Assembly (NCBI GenBank): GCA_051294905.1
Contig: CM119371.1
Span: forward strand, 36,830,001-36,894,000
Direction: 5' to 3'
Source of the DNA: Botryllus schlosseri
Lineage: Eukaryota
DNA length: 64,000 nucleotides
Translations under genes and position numbers: made by a program
The notes under the pieces: generated by a model
Databases searched by the model: none
Told to the model about the DNA's origin: nothing
What the model saw: only the letters and a program-made list of their open reading frames with translations
In this document: piece after piece, positions 37,401-50,853 of the stretch
Layout: the number at the start of each line of letters is the position of its first letter
How positions within the stretch are numbered: position 1 is the stretch's first letter

Positions 37401-40400
37401 GAAATGCAAGCGGATGAACTAGACCAAAAGTTTCGAAGATGCGTTTTATAATTGCTCTAGGTGTGAAATAGACATCGCACTCTTGCAGGGAAACAACACG
37501 AATTCAGTCTTCACACCGCAGAAACACAGCCGCTTGGTTAACATCACAAAACCGCAATTGAACTCAAGATTGCCATACACGGAATCGCTGTTAACGATGT
37601 CTGACTGCGGCGTTTCGACGAGTAACGAATTCTCGTATTTAGTATTGATTGTGACACATAGTCAAAACAGCGACAGTTTTCACAACCCGGTACATACATT
37701 GAACCAACTGATGTAAGGTGAAACACTACGTTCGCAGCAAAAAAGTTTGCAGGGTATGACCACCACCAACATATAGAGTAGTGAGTGAGTAATTAAACTA
37801 CATACCTCGATTTTACTATGTTACGAGATCCGGATCACGATTCAAGTCTACCTGAACGATTAAATACATTGCGACGCTGTCACTTGGCTCTTAATTGGGT
37901 TGTTTCATCTGAAAGAACTAATTTTGTCTGTTATAATACTTTATTAGACTTGTATGGCGAGGCGTCTGGTATCGAGAAGTGAGATCGCAAGCAATCATTG
38001 AGTCAGTCGTGATGTCTGGTTGGGAGTGTCGGCCTCTTTTATCCAGCAAGTGTAATGTGCCATATTAGGCCGTAAGTATCGTAGGCCCCGCGTGAAGTGT
38101 ACAAATTTCGATGTTGCGCAAATACCACAAACTTTGCTTGCTTTCAGAGCCGGCAACTAAATGCAAGACAGAGACTTTACCTATGATATTCCTGTAGGCC
38201 TACTTGCACAAGTTACAAACGCGGTATTAGTATATATTACTAAAATACAAACTCGGACGAAATCATGAATGCGTAGGACTTACCTTAAACATATATTGTG
38301 TATAAACAACTTTTTACAAGAACTATAAAATTCCACTCCAGGCGCTGCGGCTTAGCTCAAGCGAACAAGTATTTCGGACTTTAGGAGTCAAATTGTCTGT
38401 CTTATGGTAAATTAACATAGGGAGAATTAATCAGTGTGTAGAGAACTGCGTTAGTTTTAAAGGTATTGCATCATGAAATTGTCCGTAGGCTTCAAGACAT
38501 AGCTCAGGCTGAGATCATAGCCTAATAACGAGGGCTTCGAGTGTGATGTTATAGGAAGCAAGAAGAATCGTTGTAAAAGTGTTGAAACCTAATTACATCT
38601 GTAATTCCGTCATTAAAGTTGACTACGCATAGGTATGCGCTAAGCTCCCGCAAAACAGTTTCACGCAAATGTCGGTATAGAACTGCGTTAGTTTTCAAGT
38701 TGTTCAATCATGAAATGCGTAACAAAATTTGACATGGTACATTGTCATAATGTCTTACAACTGCGTACCGAGTTTCGAGGTGGGGAGCCGATTATTAACA
38801 TGGTAATTCCGTTTTAAAGTTGACTATGTATAGGTACGTGCTGCGCTATGGATAACAGATTTAGCCAAAAGTCGGTATAGAACTGCGTTGGTTTTAAAGG
38901 TGTTACATCATGAAATGTCTGATGAAATTTGGTATGTTGTATTTTCATAATGTCCTACAACCGCGTACCGAGTTTCAGGGTGGGGGATTTGATTATTAGC
39001 ATGGTAATTCCGTTATTGAAGCTTACTATGTATAGGTACGTGCTACGCTAGCGAAACACAGATTTACGCAAAAGTGTATAGAGAACTGCGTTAGTTTTAA
39101 AGGTATTGCATCATGAAATTGCGATCAAATTTGGTATGATGCATTGTTATTACTTTTACTTCTATTTAACGGGTTTTCATATAAATCTGCTTACTTTTGT
39201 AACTTTGTTTTGTGAAGGAAAGAGTAGTTTACCGAATAAGTAGTTTACAAATTCCTACGATTTTTCTTGTTGCGTTCCGGGATAACATGTAATTTTTCGC
39301 TCTTTTTTATTTTTTATTTTTTAATTAGTATTCATTTTACAAAACGTCGTGTAAAGGTAAAGTACTTGTACATTTCGTAGTGCTCAAGTATAAGTTTTTA
39401 ACCTGTTAACTTGACAAAACTTTCAAGTACTACTTAAAGTGTTATAAAATGTGAAAATGTGTACAAGTAGAATTATTATTATGTCATGAATAAGTAGTTT
39501 ACAAATTCATACGATTTTTCTTGTTGCGTTCCGGGGATTTGCATAAGTTTCATCTATAACGTACAATGCGTTTACGCGGTCCAGAATGACTTATGGCGAT
39601 GAAAAATAGCAAAAATGGTCTATTGAGCATTGAGCACGGTTCAAGAACTATGATATTCCTGTACTTGCACTTCGAAATGGTTTACTGACCGTCGGTTCAT
39701 TTAGATACCTAAGCTACTTTAAAATTAGTACTCGAGTATTTGGCTCAATTATACTATCGGGTAGTTATAGCCAGAGGGATTCGATGGTGACGTACTAGTA
39801 TAATGCACATTTTGGAGAGATTAAGTAAAGCAATGATCTCAGATAAATCCGTTAAATTAAGGTAGAAGTAGCAATTTACGAAGAAAGTTAGCATTCTAGG
39901 CCTATACTTCTGTTTAATACTGAAAATGTCATGAAGTTGAAGCGAACTGAAATCATAAACACTTTAGTATTAGCTCCATATACGCGATAAGCTACTTTAG
40001 TATTCTGATGGTTTGGGATAAAATGTAATTTTTCGTGCTTTTTTATTTTTAATAAAATCAGTATTCATTTTACAGAAACGTCGTGTAAAGGTAAAGTACT
40101 TGTACATTTCGGACTACTCAAGTATAAGTTCTGGTTAGCTAAATTTCGATGTCATAGAAATACCACAAACTGTGCTACTTGTACTTCTTCAGAGTACTCA
40201 ATTAGGATTTTAGCTATATGCAACAAATACTTTCGGGTGTTTTTGATATTGGACTGCTTCAACTCCATGATAATTATAGTATTAAGCAGAAATGAACCTA
40301 CAATACGAACGTTTTACTTACTCGGAAATGACTACTTTTACGTTAATTTATAAAACTTAAGTAAAGCTCATGAAATCAATAGTGTAAACGTCTCTAATGC

Positions 40401-40468
40401 GCTGAAAAAGGCAGAAAAAGTACTCAATACGCTAAATTTGAATCTAAAAATATTAATTCTCGTAAACG

Positions 40469-40550
40469 TAGTGGGTGTGGGATTCGAACCTATGTGAACA
40501 CTTGTTCATTGAAACTTAAGTCCAACGCCTTAACCGCTCGCTGAAGCCAG
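40469..40550 (-). tRNA. Mirror copy of the tRNA-Leu(UAA)-like sequence
   Basis: Reverse complement of 28291-28372 in the right arm of E2. Confidence 0.7.
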
Positions 40551-42027
40551 TTCCGTTGCTACGATATCTGAGAAATCTATTAAATTAGGGTAGAAATAAC
40601 TATTTCCGAGTAAGTTTCACGAAGTCTCGATACGCTATATTTAATCTAAAAATATTAATCCCCATAAAATGTACTGGGTGTGGGGTTCGAAGCCTAGAAT
40701 AATAAGCGGATCGTGATTGAAAATAGAAGGAGGATCACTGGATTAACGTTTATGGAATACTCCGCAATGTAAAATTAGTATATACTGCACAAAATCCAGC
40801 ATGTAAGAGTCTTTACTGCATCGGAATAGTGTAGTTTTCTATCTACTTTACAAAATTTATACGATTTTTCTTGCTACGTTCCGGGATAAGGAAATTAGGA
40901 GTCCTATCTTCCCAATCGGTATGGAACAACATCAAAATCATCACAAAGCAATATAGACTTTTGCATGAATTCTGTTATGCGTTTACTACGGTAGTATGCA
41001 CACTTGCTTATAGGTGTCCAGACGTGGACTTTCTACTATATTCGCTCCTAACATTATAGCAGCACCCGACGCAGCTTACATTATTACGTTATAAGACGTC
41101 GGCGGCGTTTCACTGTTGGTTTAATCACCCTTATTCTAGTGACATGAAAAGGACTGAATCGTATGAAATGTGGTCACTACAAGAATCGAGCGAAAGCGCT
41201 GTTTTACGTCGTCTTGCATCGGTCACGATTAGTTTTACTTTTCAACTAACTTGTTGTCTGTCGTTATATTCATTAGACTCGCTTTCATGCGGCTAATTTG
41301 TCACTATCATTATAACGTCGGGAATCGCGTACCTGCCGCGAAAAGTTTGTTTAATTGTAACGCCGAGAATTGTGCGCCTACGGCTAGTCCGTTGGCGTTT
41401 AGTGCTGATTAAATTATCCTTATACTCGACATGCAAAGTAAATTTGCAGGTATTGGAATGAATTCAGTTGTAGTGTGCGCTCATATAAGGTCATGAAATG
41501 CGGAGACCTCGGCAATCGAAACCGCGATCTGTCTGCGCTCAAAATCGCATTTTATATGAATTAATTAATTAGTGATGATGTGTAGAATTTTGATATATCA
41601 TCATAGAACCCCGCGCCTAGTTCAACGTTGATGAGTGTTATCTGTGAATATCTGGCAAATATAGTATTCTATTGACGTCATAGTTTTAGAAATTTATGTG
41701 TAATCTGAATGTTATTTATATCCAAAAAAGTAAGTTATTATATTAATATTTTCAAGTCGCAGCGCTTAAAATCGCATTTTATATTAATTAATTAGTGATG
41801 ATACATTTCAAGTTATTCAATACATATTGCTAAATATACATGGAAAACCGGTATTGAAATTCACAAAACAATGAAATTTGCTCATAAATACACACGATGT
41901 GGCAGTGGTAGGTGACGTGGCAATGGGCATCCTGTAGGCGTGACAATGGGCGTCATATAGGCGTGGCAATTAGGATGACGTGGCGTTCTGTGATTGGTGC
42001 GTACCAATTTGATCAACCCTCACTACT

Positions 42028-43120
42028 TACCCCCCATAGCGCGGATAACTCTCCATACCTTCGAGACGCTCGTTGTTCTGTTCAATGAGCTACAGAACGA
42101 TTCCCAGTAGGATTTTTTTACTGTTATGATAGTCTTCTTCGCCATAGCCCGTCGGCGCTTGAAGTTTACCACATCGTCCACTTGGAAGCTCCGTTTCATC
42201 TTAAGAAAGGCTGCGCGTTTGAGACGTACGGCCTTTGCACACTCCGCATTCCACCATGGGACGCTTGGTTTGTTCGAAGGTTTTGTTGGGGGAATAGTAG
42301 CTTTCGCGGCTTGAGAGAGAGCTTGAGTGAATTCCTCTGGCGATAGAGGCTCTGTTTCGTCTTTAATTTTCGATTGTATATGGTTTTCACTCGTCTGTCT
42401 GAATTTTTTCCAGTTCGCATTCCGCAAAGACCAGGTTTCAAGATGCACATCGTTTACATGAATTTTGTGATCAATTCGACTCCAAATCACGTAGTGATCG
42501 CTTCCAAAAAGATTTTCGGTGACGTGGGTAGTGCATCTATTTGCGATACCGTTTGAAGTGATCGTTAAATCCAACAGTGACGCCCGGCCGCGGTTGGGGA
42601 ACGACAAATCGATTCTAGTTGGAACTGTGGTGTTCAGCACTACCATGTCTTTGCTATCGATAATATGCCCCATGTGTCTTCCACAGGTATTCATCGCGCT
42701 ACTACCCCATAAAGGATGATGCGCATTGAAATCTCCCAGAATTACGAATTTCGCTGTGCATCTACTGAAACATCGTTGCAGCAGTGACCTTGAGAGTTTT
42801 TTGTTAGGAGGGATGTACACGTTCATTATTGTAAGGCCTTGAATTGATATGATCTGGGACTCGATTGGCTGTACACTTTCTGTTGACATTTCTAAAAATG
42901 GGATTCGCGACTTGATAAACATGCATAGGCCACCGCCGTGGATATTTCTGTCCTTCCTCAGAATAACATAACCCGGTATTTTTGGAGAGTATTTTGGTAC
43001 CAAATGCGTCTCTTGTAATGCAATAATATCCGGCTTTCCATCCAAATCTAGAATGTACTTTTTGAGTTCGTCCAGTTTCCTATAGATACCTCGGCAATTC
43101 CACTGCATTATTTTTAACAT
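42028..43120 (-). pseudogene. LINE ORF2 N-terminal part: AP-like endonuclease
   Basis: Motifs MQWNCRG, IALQETHL, GDFNAHHPLWGS, LDLT, GSDH and PWWN. Truncated by E2. Confidence 0.95.
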
Positions 43121-44538
43121 GGTGAATTCTCTTGGTATGACATGCTCAAATCCATGACCGGCTCAAAATCTGCTTGCTCGTTGTGTGTTGTTGTGAGTTC
43201 TCGTTGTGATGAAATCGATTGATTTGACGTGGTTTCTGTGTTCGACGCGGCTGCATTGGACATCGGTCGATTTGGCATGCTTTTTGTGTTTGACGCGGCT
43301 TTATTTGATGTCGATCGATTTGGGGTGTTTTCTGTAAATGACGAAGCTGTATTGGGTAAAGACATACCGAGAAAAGATTCTGCGGACTTGGCAACAATGG
43401 ATGCAACGTTTATTTCTGTACCTTCATTCATGCAGATGAATGCACTTTTTATCACGTCTGCTGTAAATTGGAGAAATTCTGTTGTGGCAATGGAGATGTA
43501 GCCAGCACGGTTGTGGTTAGCGGCTATCGGGTTACTGTGTTTTTTGGCGTTGGGAGCAGTGTCAGTCGCGGGTGCATCTCTCCTTGGAGTGATGGCCGTG
43601 GGCATTGTTACTGCGTTGTTTCCTACAGGTGTCGAGTTTTGATGATGAAGGATAATTGCAGCGGGGCGCGGCAGAGTCGGAAAATCATCATATGATTGTG
43701 TGTTTGGCGGCATTTGTGTTAAAGTGTACTGTTGTCTGGCTTCCCAGTAACCTATTCCCTGTTGTGTCATTATCGAGTTAATTTTCCCTTCCTGTCGGTA
43801 ACGCGCACAACCGCCGTAACCAGCAGAGTGTTTCTCACCACAGTTCACACATCTTGGCTCTTTGTCGCAATTCTCGTATTTGTGCTGTTCTCCACATCTG
43901 GTGCAGCGTTGTGTGCTACGGCAGTATTTAGACTTGTGCCCAAACCGATTGCAGTTATAACATCTAGTTGGCGGTGGGTTATAAACTCGCGTGCGAAATT
44001 GCATGAAACCGATTTTTACCACCGTTGGTAATATGGTAGAGGCGAAGCATAACAGAACTGATCGACTCGGCTTAGACTCTCCGTTTGACTTATAAGAAAA
44101 CCGTCGCACAAATGTGACTTTGTGCATTGCTAATTCAGTTTGGATCTCTTCGTTGGTTAGATCCAAGGGAACATCTCCTATAACTCCCCGCGTCTCGGGT
44201 GTTTTCGTTTTGTACAGCTCGGCTCGTACCTCTATTGGTTTATCAGTAGTACCAAGGTTAGTGCACGTCAGCAGTTTCGAGACCTGATCGTAGCTCGCGC
44301 ATAATACGCACAAGTCGCCGGAAGGAAGTACTTTGATATCTTTTTAGGCACCGCCTAACACCTTATACAGCTGTCTATTGATGACCAATGGATTGAAAGA
44401 TCGTAGTTGCCTAGTTATACCCTTGACGATAACTGAAATACTAGTTTGTACCGAGTTGCTTGGAGCTGATTCTTTAGAAGCAGGTCCATTGAGCTGGTCT
44501 TCTGCGGAGCGCTTATGCGCTCCTTTTTTACTTGACAT
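43114..44538 (-). pseudogene. LINE ORF1 gag-like nucleic-acid-binding protein with one in-frame stop
   Basis: ORFs 44344-44538 and 43114-44313 are in the same frame (LGGA*KDIKVLPSGDLCV). Knuckles are CYNCNRFGHKSKYC, CTRCGEQHKYENC and CVNCGEKHSAGYGGC. Overlaps the ORF2 ATG by 7 nt. Confidence 0.9.
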
Positions 44539-47349
44539 TAACTACGAAACTCTGACAACTACGAAACTCTGACAACACTGACTATTAGGAATGTAATGTA
44601 ATATAAACGACTGTTCTCTTGAAGAGACTTCTCCACACGCGCTGCAGCCTTCGTGTCGAAGCTAATTCCCTTGATTAGGACACGTCCTTTCGCCACGACG
44701 CTCACCTCACGAATGTGCATAAGTCAAGCCTTCAAAATTCCGGACATTTAGGCATATTTTAGAAATTCCTCCCGGACGCAAGTTTGAACAGTGAAATTCC
44801 GGACATGTCCGGGAAATGCCGGACGTATGGCAACCCTAATATTTATATTGGGTATGCGCCAAATATAGTCATATGTCTCTTCGGCCACCGTTTCCAACCT
44901 GATCAGTAGGACGGTTCAAAAACATTCTTTTTCCAAATCTTGCTTGCTATAGGCAATTAAATCGGCAGGTTGAACAGAAAGACGGTGCACAGCAAGTTTG
45001 AATCCATTCCAACCAGTAGAAATGAAGTTAAATGAGTTTGAATTTTTAAACTTTAATCTAATATATTTTAAAAGAAAGAAATTTCAAATTTCAATTGCTA
45101 CCCCGTCAAATTGGAAAGTTGTATATAAAAACGATGCAAAACAAATTTGGCTCAATTCCAAGCCGTAGAAGCCATTTCAGTTTTTAGTTGGTAATGCTGA
45201 GATTGCCCACAGTCAATGCTATAATTTCAAATCAAAAATTCTCAGCTGCAATAACTTCGCTTCTACCGGTTGTAAATTAGCAAAAATTGTTATGCATCGT
45301 GATATCAAACTTAGATAGATTCTCTACGCCAGTGGTTCCCAATTTTTTTCCACTCGCGTACCATTTCGAGGTTTTCTGGAATGCTCGCGTACCACCTACA
45401 TAAGTTCCGCCATTTATGACGTCATATTCATGTATCTGACCTATGCGAGGTGTAATAACAAATTCTATTAAACTAGGCATTATCTGCCAGGGTTGATGTG
45501 ATGCATGGCACTGTTTTTTCGCCACCAGTCACAAGAAGAACAACATAATGAAATAACAAAAGTCAATATATTGAATGCGATGGTTGAATTTGTTTATTTT
45601 AACAAGCTGGTCGATGCGTGGCTCACAGCGCATCGAAAGTCATGTATAGGCGCAACAAGTCGGTTTCGTTTCTTCGACTTGAAAGTCATCAGGGATGAAA
45701 ATTCTTGCTAGCACTCCCACGCAGAAGTGAAAATTAGCAGCGGGGGAATAGCGTGAGAAGGTAGCGTCCAGTATGAGGAGTCCATGCTAAGCCAGCAGTT
45801 TATTGGAGAACAATATTTGTTTTTCGTCTTAGCTCTCTGGTCATCCTGTATATTTATGAGTTCCCCTTGCTCTCCGTTTGAGTGGTTTTTATTCAGATAT
45901 GTACATAAAATATCAATAATTTCATAACGAAAATCTTGCTCTCCAGTCCCGACAGGCAGGTCGGCTGGATCAACAGCGAATGGATCGGTCATGTAGGCAC
46001 AACATGTCACAGTGGTGAGAAAAAAAAGACATACCTTATCACGGACGTACCATCAGGGCATTTCGTCCCCCCCAAACGTTGATCTTGCCCCCCCCCCCCC
46101 CCATAGGATGATAAACCGAACTTCTGGGGAACTTCCCCCCGGAACCTCTTTGGATATCAGCTCTTTGCTGCTACTTGTCATCTAGATTGGGTGTTCTTAC
46201 AGTGAGTCAGCTATTCTCGCCCAGACACGCTAAGGGCGAAAAATCTCAATAAATCATGATTGAATTGATCAATATGATCGGGAACTGCATATATATTGCT
46301 ATCAATTTTTATATTCTCTCTGCTCCTGAATCAGATTTACCGGTAGAGCTGAATGAGGTGTGTTCGAAAAAGTAGGGCCCCTCAATAAAAATTTAACATC
46401 TTCGGGCGTATACCCGTTGGCAAGAACAAAACAGCACTTCGTCAGGCCCCCTAAAAATAACATGGATCTTGGGGTCCCATAGGGTGATAAACCGACCCCC
46501 CCCCCCCCCCATCACGGTATTCGCTTTTGCCATGAAATTCGCTGTACTGTAATGCTCGATAATTCATGATAAAATCAGTCAATAAGATTAGGAGTTGCAC
46601 ATATATTGCTATCAATTTCTTGTCCTCTCCGTCCGATTTACCGGTAAAGCTGAGGGAGGAGTCTTGGAAACTGTAGAGCCCGTAAATAATAATTAAACAT
46701 CTTCGGACGGGCTGACTTGTTGGTATGACTTCGTTACATAATGTTATTTCGTGGCCTCCTGTCTACCATATCAAAAACTATAGAATCACCCAAACGTATT
46801 AAACTAAAAGACGCTCACGATTTTAAATTGTTATTTTCCTGCGGGATGGCACTTTTCTTCTGAAGTTCAGATTGCCAAGACAGGAACATTTGGCGCCAGT
46901 CATTTAGGCACCTATGGACAATTAAACCTACATGTATTTTGTATATTTAACGAAGTTATCGGTCAGCGTAATGCCAGTTCTTTTCGGCCAAGGTTTTCTC
47001 GCTGCCGATCGTTCTGGAACACTTCTTGGAGTCGCATGTAATATGTCCTAAATCGTTATATCTCTTGGTGCGTCGTGGCGCAGCTGAGAGGGAACATGAG
47101 TTCCAACCATCCCATATCGATATACGTCGGCTATATCGGGTGTTAATTGTCCGTAGTCTCATTCAACAAGCTTTTTGTAAAGTATATAGACAATTTTGGC
47201 ATAATTTTACAACTTGAATAAAACACAATTTTGTATTTTTAAAAAACGCCTTTGTTTAAAACACTGTTCAAAACATGTTTTAAACAAAGTGTTTTAATAC
47301 ACCGTTTGTTTTAAATGCCACGCTATGCGTAACCTTGGTATACACCATC

Positions 47350-47940
47350 GATTTATATTTAAAACGTCCATTTTCATTCAGTCATACCCTTAAATTCATC
47401 GACTCTTCACCTTCTAGCTATCGGACAAGAGACAGCTTGCAACATACAATACTAGGTTATTTCATGTTACTAATAAATGCATTTTCGAAAATCGATCGAT
47501 CGTAGCAACATGGCGTGGTTCTCCAGACAAAGTATCCAATTTCGTTCATCCTGCTTTGTTTTAGCTAGAGTACAAGTCAGATTTGAAAGAGTATGTACTG
47601 TACAGTCGCAAGACGCAAAACATCCGATTATCCTCGCAGATCTTTGACTTCGAGGGTGACGCTGATGTTCGGTTGTTTGACGTGTTCAAGAATTTTGGTG
47701 TTGGTGTAAGGATCCACGTACTCAAGGCACGATACTTGACTCAGTGTAATGAAGCCTTGCTTGCGTAACAGTAGCTGAACATAGTAGTTAGCTGTCACAG
47801 CCGATATAGCATCACATCCTTCCGACCGCGCGACTCGTTCGGCCCTGCATATAGAAAGAAGGGAGTTCGCAATATAAGTATATAATACCATTTACCGTAA
47901 CACGTTCATAAATAGTCCAGTGCGCTAAAATGGAGTCACA
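47350..47940. repeat. Dispersed repeat with a second copy at ~57180-57735
   Basis: Shared CATCACATCCTTCCGACCGCGCGA, AATGAAGCCTTGCTT and CTAAAATGGAGT, in the same order. Confidence 0.75.
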
Positions 47941-48414
47941 GAAAAGTGGAGTCGCAGAAAATATTATGAAAAATAAAAGAGTTGTGTGTACTCATAAATG
48001 TTCTAGCCGGTTGTGTTAGGAAATTTCTTCTCAATCCGTTTCGATATTAATCACAGAGATGGTGGTTAAAGCATAGTCATCGTTGGTATGCCAGTACAAG
48101 AACAATTACGTATGCATATAGCTACTCAAGTGCAAGTGTAAGTGGCGATTTCCGAGTAATTGTATAAGTATGTAATAAAACAACTAGTTCCGGAAAACTG
48201 TGACGTAAAAGCAGAAATTGTGTAGTAGTTTACAAACATAACTTCCTGAGCAGATTTCGACAAAGTACCAATCCAGTGTGTTGACCGTGAACAAACTGCT
48301 ATGGTTGTTTGAGTCGTTCGAGTTCGAGTTGCAAGTTTTAAAGTATAGCTGTTAATTTCGTGTTTAGATTTGAAGCACTTGGTCCTCGTGAGCGCGACAG
48401 GGCTCAGTCTAAGG

Positions 48415-48481
48415 CAGTGGTTCCCAACCTTTTCCGACTCATAGCCCCCTTAACAGGGTAGACATATATTTATCGACCCCC

Positions 48482-48517
<36 letters not shown>

Positions 48518-48875
48518 GTCGGATTCGAGAAGGAGGAAATATATACGAGAAGTTTATAAAGTTAACTCGCTGGTCGCTGGTAAATTGACTGCTGGAAAAA
48601 AGGCCAACTTACCGCGGTGATCCTGGTATCTGGAGATAGTTTGTGCCAATTAAGGTGACCTTTTTCTACTCACCTTTCGCGGCAGTTCCAGAAAAAAAAA
48701 CGCTTTTCACGAGTATTTTGCGTCGGTATCCGATTGCTGGCTAATTTAGTATATCCTACTGAACGCTCTAACATTTTCTCCCATGTCGCCCACTTTATAC
48801 GTTTACGCCCCCCAATCGCCTTTATAATATTTTCGCCTCCCTGCTTCTCAAAATCGCTCACGTTGGGAACCACTG
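48415..48875. mobile_element. hAT (Charlie-like) MITE containing (CA)n
   Basis: TIR CAGTGGTTCCCAAC / GTTGGGAACCACTG, TSD GTCTAAGG / GTCTACGG. Confidence 0.85.
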
Positions 48876-49957
48876 GTCTACGGGTAAGGTGATACTACTT
48901 TAACGTACGGGCCCCGGTATTGGCCCTGTGTTCGTACCGAGCAAAAAGAGAATTATCTCACCTTCTGACTAACTCGGTGGCTAATCCCTTTCTGGCGTGT
49001 GCTTCCAGACATGCTATCCCGTTGATAAGCGAACATTTGCTTCCCGCTAATGAATCAATGTCACTTGTACGAATGAGTGATCGGAAGCACTGTTAAATCG
49101 AAAACGAATTAGCTATGGTGGTGACACAGGGACGGGGATCTCTCCGTGTTTTCGACATATAGATCAACGCTATCAACTGCGCATTTCAACCAGTGCATCT
49201 ACCGCGTTTGAAGGAAATATATATGCACGTATTCAATTTTGACCGCAAGACGTTCATGGTTATTCATTTACAAAGGCCAGACCTGGGCAATGTGCGCCCC
49301 GCGAAAAGTTTCTTTAGAATTCAAAATATGATACCTGAATTTAATGCGTGGACAAAAACAATAGGCTGAACTGAACTGAACCGCCAACTGAACCAGCTAT
49401 ACCATTTTGGTTTGTATATTTGTAAATGTTACTGTGAAGGGGTCAGTGCCTCACAAACCATGAACCTCACCGCCCGTTACTGTAATGATGTACCCCACTG
49501 AAGAACACCGCAGGTATACGCTACTGTACCTGATACATTTGCCTTCTTTGAAGTGTATACGCGATATCGTCCTGATATTGTGGAATATGATGATCTTGTA
49601 TTACAGCCATCACGAACGCAGCCATATCATACATGGGTTTCACGAACGCGCCAATGGCAAATCCTTGCTTGAAAACCTTCTGTATATGATAACTGAGCGT
49701 ATTAATGCACACGGCAAGATGAAACGCAATCCTATTCAAAACGGGAGGGTATGGATACAGTAAATGATCACAGCAAAATTGAGAAACCAACCACCTTGCA
49801 TGATTTAATGCGAACAAATATCAATATGCGTTTATATCACTCGTCAACAGCATAGAATGCGACTTAAATTGTACTTCATGGATGTGTACTTATGTAATGC
49901 ATTGCATCATATCAATTTGTTTCAACTTCTCGGGGTTTCGTATTCGGTCCTCTGACA

Positions 49958-50226
49958 TTTGGTGTTGGGGTATTCATGTTGTTTGTCGACTACTATGGTC
50001 ATTTACACCAGGCCGATATTCTTCTTATCTTCCGTAACTGCCGACTTACAGCACGGCCCACCTCTAGGCTTTTGTAAGACACCGCTGATGCGGATGAGGT
50101 GGCGAGGAGGAGCCTAGGTAAACCTCCAACACTTGGGTATCGGAATTCGGAAGTCGACCTCGGTCGGACTCGAACCTGCACCCATTGGTGTTGCAGACGC
50201 GGATTATTCCACTGCGTTATCGCGCC
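49958..50226 (-). mobile_element. tRNA-derived SINE, family A
   Basis: Full-length homolog of 60513-60778. Confidence 0.85.
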
Positions 50227-50853
50227 ACTATTCGGTCCTCTGTTTTGACCGTTATACAGGCTGAAGCTGTACAGTTACTTGCGTATGACATTAGCAGTTC
50301 CGCATCTGGATGAGCGATTCAACGCCTTTCTGCCTGTATATTCAACTCTGTCTTCGTTCCTTGATATAGAATTAAGGACGACTCTATCCGTGTTACGAAT
50401 AGCTACCAAAATGTAATGACCTTGAATCAGTGTCTCATGCCCTCATCCTTCGATAACTCTATTTGACTTGACCAGTGACTTCACTGGTGATTTGACTTGA
50501 CTCGATTCGTCTCCAGAGATCGAGTGACTTGACCTGACTTGAGTCACTTTCGAAAATCGATTGACTTTACTTGACTCGAGGCAAAATTTACAATGACTCG
50601 ACGGTTATGATTGGTCCTAATATTGCCTTAAAGTGCCCGTGGCCTCATATTCACCCTACGATATCTAGTGTAAATCTCGTAGGTACATTATAAATCTATG
50701 CCTTTACAGTGTAGTTGACGTAATTAATAGGGACAATCTATATTCAATAGGCACAGACTCAGTATTATTCCGACTTATCGAGACAACGCATATGAAATTA
50801 TTGGACTCAATTTTGTTTGCCAATATTATTATCGGCGCGCATTTAGGCTATAC

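Larger units (their letters stand above)
26814..42027. mobile_element. Non-autonomous Polinton/Maverick-derived palindromic element E2 (15,214 bp, near-perfect palindrome)
   Basis: Starts AGTAGTGAGGGTTGATC and ends GATCAACCCTCACTACT. Perfect 6-bp TSD TACCCC (26808-26813, 42028-42033). Arms are 26814-34400 and 34440-42027, and mirror coordinates sum to 68841/68840 throughout. Shares about 4.5 kb per arm with E1. Confidence 0.92.
24090..44615 (-). mobile_element. Near full-length I-group (I/Nimb-like) non-LTR retrotransposon, interrupted by E2
   Basis: ORF1 has three CCHC knuckles. ORF2 has AP endonuclease, RT, RNase H and a C-terminal CCHC. Ends are approximate (possible CAGT start near 44613) and no TSD was found. 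Confidence 0.9.

Noticed and set aside
26814..42027. Palindrome as an assembly or amplification chimera
   Set aside because: It has an exact 6-bp TSD, the flanks rejoin in frame, the arms differ at scattered sites, and a second independent element has the same axis.
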